Source: Eledone cirrhosa
Taxonomy: Eukaryota
Length of the DNA stretch: 64,000 bases
Assembly (NCBI GenBank): GCA_964016885.1
Contig: OZ024765.1
Coordinates: 14,694,001-14,758,000, forward strand
Direction: 5' to 3'
The notes under the pieces are model-generated. The model worked only from the letters and a program-made list of their open reading frames with translations. It did no database searches and had not been told where the DNA came from. Numbering within the stretch: position 1 is the first letter of the stretch; every line of letters begins with the position of its first letter. Of the stretch, positions 59,440 to 64,000 are shown piece by piece. The translations under genes were made by a program, and so were the position numbers.

Positions 59440-60320
59440 CTAAAATATAATAGTAAATAAATAAATATATAAATAAAATGGTACTAAAATATATTAGTAA
59501 ATAAATAAATATATAAATAAAATGGTACTAACAATATAATAGGAAATAAATAAATACATAAATAAAATAGTACTAAAAATATAATTGTAAATAAATATAT
59601 AAATAAAATGGTACTAAAATATAATAGTGAATAAATAAATATATAAACAAAAAGGTACTAAAATATAATAGTAAATAAATAAATATATAAATAAAAAGGT
59701 ACTAAAATATAATAGTAAATAAATAAATACATAAATAAAATAGTACTAAAAATATAATTGTAAATAAATATATAAATAAAATGGTAGTAAAATATAATAG
59801 TAAATAAATAAATATATAAATAAAATAGTACTAAAATATAATTGTAAATAAATATATAAATAAAATGGTACTAAAATATAATAGTGAATAAATAAATATA
59901 TAAATAAAATGGTACTAAAATATAATAGTAAATAAATAAATATATAAATAAAATAGTACACAAAAATATAATTGTAAATAAATATATAAATAAAATGGTA
60001 CTAAAATATAATAGTAAATAAATAAATATATAAATAAAAAGGTACTAAAATATAATAGTAAATAAATAAATATATAAATAAAAAAGTACTAAAATATAAT
60101 AGTAAATAAATAAATATATAAATAAAAAGGTACTAAAATATAATAGTAAATAAATAAATATATAAATAAAATAGTACACAAAAATATAATTGTAAATAAA
60201 TATATAAATAAAATGGTACTAAAATATAATAGTAAATAAATAAATATATAAATAAAAAGGTACTAAAATATAATAGTAAATAAATATATATATAAATAAA
60301 AAGGGACTAAAATATAATAG
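59440..60320. repeat. AT-rich ~40-44-bp satellite (gtactaaaatataatagtaaataaataaatatataaataaaatg)
   Basis: About 20 units; degenerate units continue to ~60920, interrupted by SINE B copies at 60320-60445 and 60608-60790. Confidence 0.9.
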
Positions 60321-60821
60321 TTTCTGCTTTTGGTACGAGGCCAGCAAATTAACCAGTGTATTACTGGTACTTTATTTTATCGACCCCGTGGATGAAAGGC
60401 AGAGTTAACCACGACGGGATTTGAACTCAGACCATAAAGGGCCGTCTAAAAATATAATACTAAATATATATATATATAGGTACTAAAAATATAAAAGTAA
60501 ATATATATATATAAAGGTACTAAAAATATAATAGTATATATATATATAAGGGTACTAAAATATAATAGTAAATATATATATATATATATAAAGGTACTAA
60601 AATATAATTGTTTCTACTTTTGGCACAAGGCCAGCAATTATTCCAGTACATTACTGGTACTTTATTTTATCGACCAGTAAGGATGAAAGGCAAAGTTAAC
60701 CTCAGCGGGATTTGAACTCAGATCGTAAAGGGACGTAACTATGCTGGAAAGCATGTCCGACACACTACCGATACTGCCAACTGACCGGCCTTACTAAAAT
60801 ATATTAGTATATATATATATG

Positions 60822-60859
<38 letters not shown>

Positions 60860-60929
60860 AAGGTACTAAAATATAATAGTAAATATATATATGTAAAGGT
60901 ACTAAACATATAATAGTATATATATAATA

Positions 60930-61144
60930 ATGGAACAATCGACTTTCGTCAAATCGGACCGAGGGAACAATGTTTCCGTTGGTCTTTCCAATTGCTAATA
61001 CTATCTATCGGTCGCAACTCCAGGTAGAAGGAGCAACGTGAAATAAAGTGTCTTGCTCAAGGACATAACGCATTGCCTGGTCCAGGAATCGAACTCACAA
61101 CCTTACGATTGCGAATCCAATTCTCTCACCACTCAGCCACACGC
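60930..61144 (-). mobile_element. SINE family A
   Basis: Near-identical to 36677-36888. Confidence 0.85.
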
Positions 61145-61179
61145 TATATATATATACTACTATATATATATATTTATAC

Positions 61180-61326
<147 letters not shown>

Positions 61327-61468
61327 GTAGTATATATATATATATATCGATATATATATATATATATATAATATATATATATATATTCTATATAGTATAT
61401 ATATATAATATATATATATACTATATAGTATATATATATAATATATATATATATATACACTATATAGT

Positions 61469-61504
<36 letters not shown>

Positions 61505-61523
61505 CTACTACTACTACTACTAC

Positions 61524-61570
<47 letters not shown>

Positions 61571-61808
61571 CGAAAGCTACTGCTGATGTTACTACTACTA
61601 CTGCTACTACTATCGCTACTACTACTACTACCACCACTACTACTACAACGACCTACAAACAACAACAACAACAACAACAACAACAGTAACTCAATCTTGG
61701 TACATTGCAAGATGACACGGCCTTCCCCATCACTGACTATTACAACAACAGCAACTACAACAATATCCAATGTACTGGCAACGTCGTTCCTGACAATAGA
61801 GAGAGTGC

Positions 61809-62033
61809 AAGAGATGTCAACATGAATGGACCTGCTATTTTTATCTAAATACATTTTTCCCTATTCCAACCTGCCCGTCCCCTTATTCTATCTTATTTCT
61901 CATTCTTTCTTATGATGAAGGACTAGCGTCCGAAACGTTAAGACTCACTTCCTGCTATATCAAGCGTTAACCTAATATATAGCTTCCAGCCATATACTGT
62001 ACCGATTGTGTTGTTATTTCCGTTTACCTTTTT
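61809..62033 (+). mobile_element. Family F6 module, HHR at 61908-61943 with C3>A change; 3' end abuts (AC)n
   Basis: TCTT|ATGATGA-A-GGAC-tagc-GTCC-GAAA-CG-TT|AAGA. Confidence 0.8.
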
Positions 62034-62047
62034 ACACACACACACAC

Positions 62048-62121
<74 letters not shown>

Positions 62122-62275
62122 AATGAAGTAACTCCGTCGGAAAAGTCCAGGAAAAAAAAGTGCTCTATGTAGGTAACAGAGCTTAATAGTTATGTATCTG
62201 ATGATTGAAAGCAATTTTTTTTGCTTTTAAGAAACAACTGGTAAATGGAATAATTGCCTTATGTTGTTTATTACA

Positions 62276-62351
<76 letters not shown>

Positions 62352-62357
<6 letters not shown>

Positions 62358-62704
62358 AGAAAAAAAGAGAATCAGTGTTGCGACGAATGGAATTTATTGG
62401 ACATTTTACAATCGTTTCTCTGGCGACCAGCTAGAAGCACGATCGATGTGATGATCGAAGCTGACTTGATTCTACGAAGCAGATTTTACGTTTTGCTTCT
62501 ACGAACCAGATTTTCATATATATATATCGAACTGGATATTTGGAAACTCTGCTTCGTAGAATCAAGACGTATCTGGGGACCTTGTGATTTTCAGAGTCAG
62601 GTTCGATCATCGCATCGATCGTGCCTCGAGCTGGTCGCCAGAGAAACGATTGTAATACGTCGAATAAATTTTGTTCGTCGCACCACTGATTCTCAGTTTC
62701 TTAT

Positions 62705-62710
<6 letters not shown>
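62352..62710. repeat. Old fold-back module with diverged ~115-bp outer arms and nested inner inverted repeat; contains GAAACGATTGTA
   Basis: gagaatcagtg...ctggcgaccagct / agctggtcgccag...cactgattctc; inner ttgattctacgaagcaga / tctgcttcgtagaatcaa. Confidence 0.8.
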
Positions 62711-62744
<34 letters not shown>

Positions 62745-62781
62745 TAGATAGATAGATACAGATAGATTGATAGAGATAGAG

Positions 62782-62821
<40 letters not shown>

Positions 62822-62854
62822 GAGGTGGAGACAAATGGATAGATAGATAGAGAG

Positions 62855-62927
<73 letters not shown>

Positions 62928-62970
62928 TGGATAGAGATATAGAGAGAGACAGAGACATAGCTAGATAGAT

Positions 62971-63047
<77 letters not shown>

Positions 63048-63097
63048 TAGGTAGGTAGATAGGCAGATAGAGATACATAAATAAATAGATAGATAGA

Positions 63098-63490
63098 TAT
63101 GTTTCTTTATTAGCCGCAGGGGCACAAAAGAAGGGGACAAATACAAAGGGGGAAGTTTACATACAATAAAAACGTGTAAAATGTTATCACAAATGCAATT
63201 TAAAAAATTAGTTGATTTTCCCCAATAGGGGGAGACATTACATATGGGTAACACATACCCTCGAAAAAATGTGCAACCTTCATCTCCAGGAGTACGGAGA
63301 GTTTGTACTCCCTTCCTCTCCCCCTCCTTTTCCTCAACCTACAGGCTGATATAGAGAGAAGGCCCATTCACTCGGGCCATTCTCGCCACTTTCACCCAGC
63401 TTTCATAAAACTTGCTGGGGTACAGCACCTCTCTCTCCATCCTGACTCTTCTTCCAAAGTGGTATTTGAAAAAAAGAATCAGTTGATAGA
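63098..63490 (-). mobile_element. L1/Tx1-type 3' fragment
   Basis: ..RRVRMEREVLYPSKFYESWVKVARMARVNGPSLYISL* is homologous to the C-terminus encoded at 45503-45716. Confidence 0.65.
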
Positions 63491-63803
63491 TAGATAGATA
63501 GATAGATAGATAGACAGACAAATAGATAAATAGATAAACAATAAAACGAAATAATAAAAAAATAAAATTTAACATAAAATTTAAAATAAAATAAAAAAGC
63601 AAAATGTCCGAACAAGATAAACAACAACAGCGAGACTATATATAACCTTAAAAACATTGTATACTAAAGATGTTCTGAAGAAACCAGATTCTGGCGAGCT
63701 CTTTTATATTTAATTCTTTCGGCTGCAGCAGTTAAAAATACAAAGAAATGAGGAACGGTATATATATATACACCTTTCTTCTTTTTTTGATGTATATGTA
63801 TAC

Positions 63804-63940
<137 letters not shown>

Positions 63941-64000
63941 TTAGTTAACCAATCTCATTTCTTCTCTCTTTAAGATTGGTTTACTCTCGAAATGTGTGTA

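Noticed and set aside
61690-61715. LNLGTLQ resembling the C-terminal LGTLxPxGLN motif of Penelope GIY-YIG domains upstream of F6
   Set aside because: Only a few residues, no PxGLN and no extended frame.

Overview
A 64-kb eukaryotic window dominated by microsatellites, with no recognisable host exon; nearly all listed ORFs are translations of simple repeats. The SINE/LINE content suggests a cephalopod (octopod) genome (inference). Between the repeats sit decayed RTE, L1/Tx1-type and R4/Dong-type LINE pieces, a deleted mariner, three tRNA-derived SINE families and many higher-order satellites. The main signal is a dense set of short (about 100-550 bp) non-coding modules from roughly ten unrelated sequence families, mostly embedded in (TA)n, with one family at (AC)n. 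They carry type-I hammerhead ribozyme (HHR) cores (CTGANGA-stem II-GAAA-short, often palindromic stem III-NUH) and are often arranged as head-to-head fold-back inverted repeats, some turning on HHR helices. This fits non-autonomous Penelope-like or retrozyme-like elements, but no Penelope ORF is present. Several unique islands also carry YY1/ETS/CRE/E-box motifs. All structures were read by eye and element edges are approximate.
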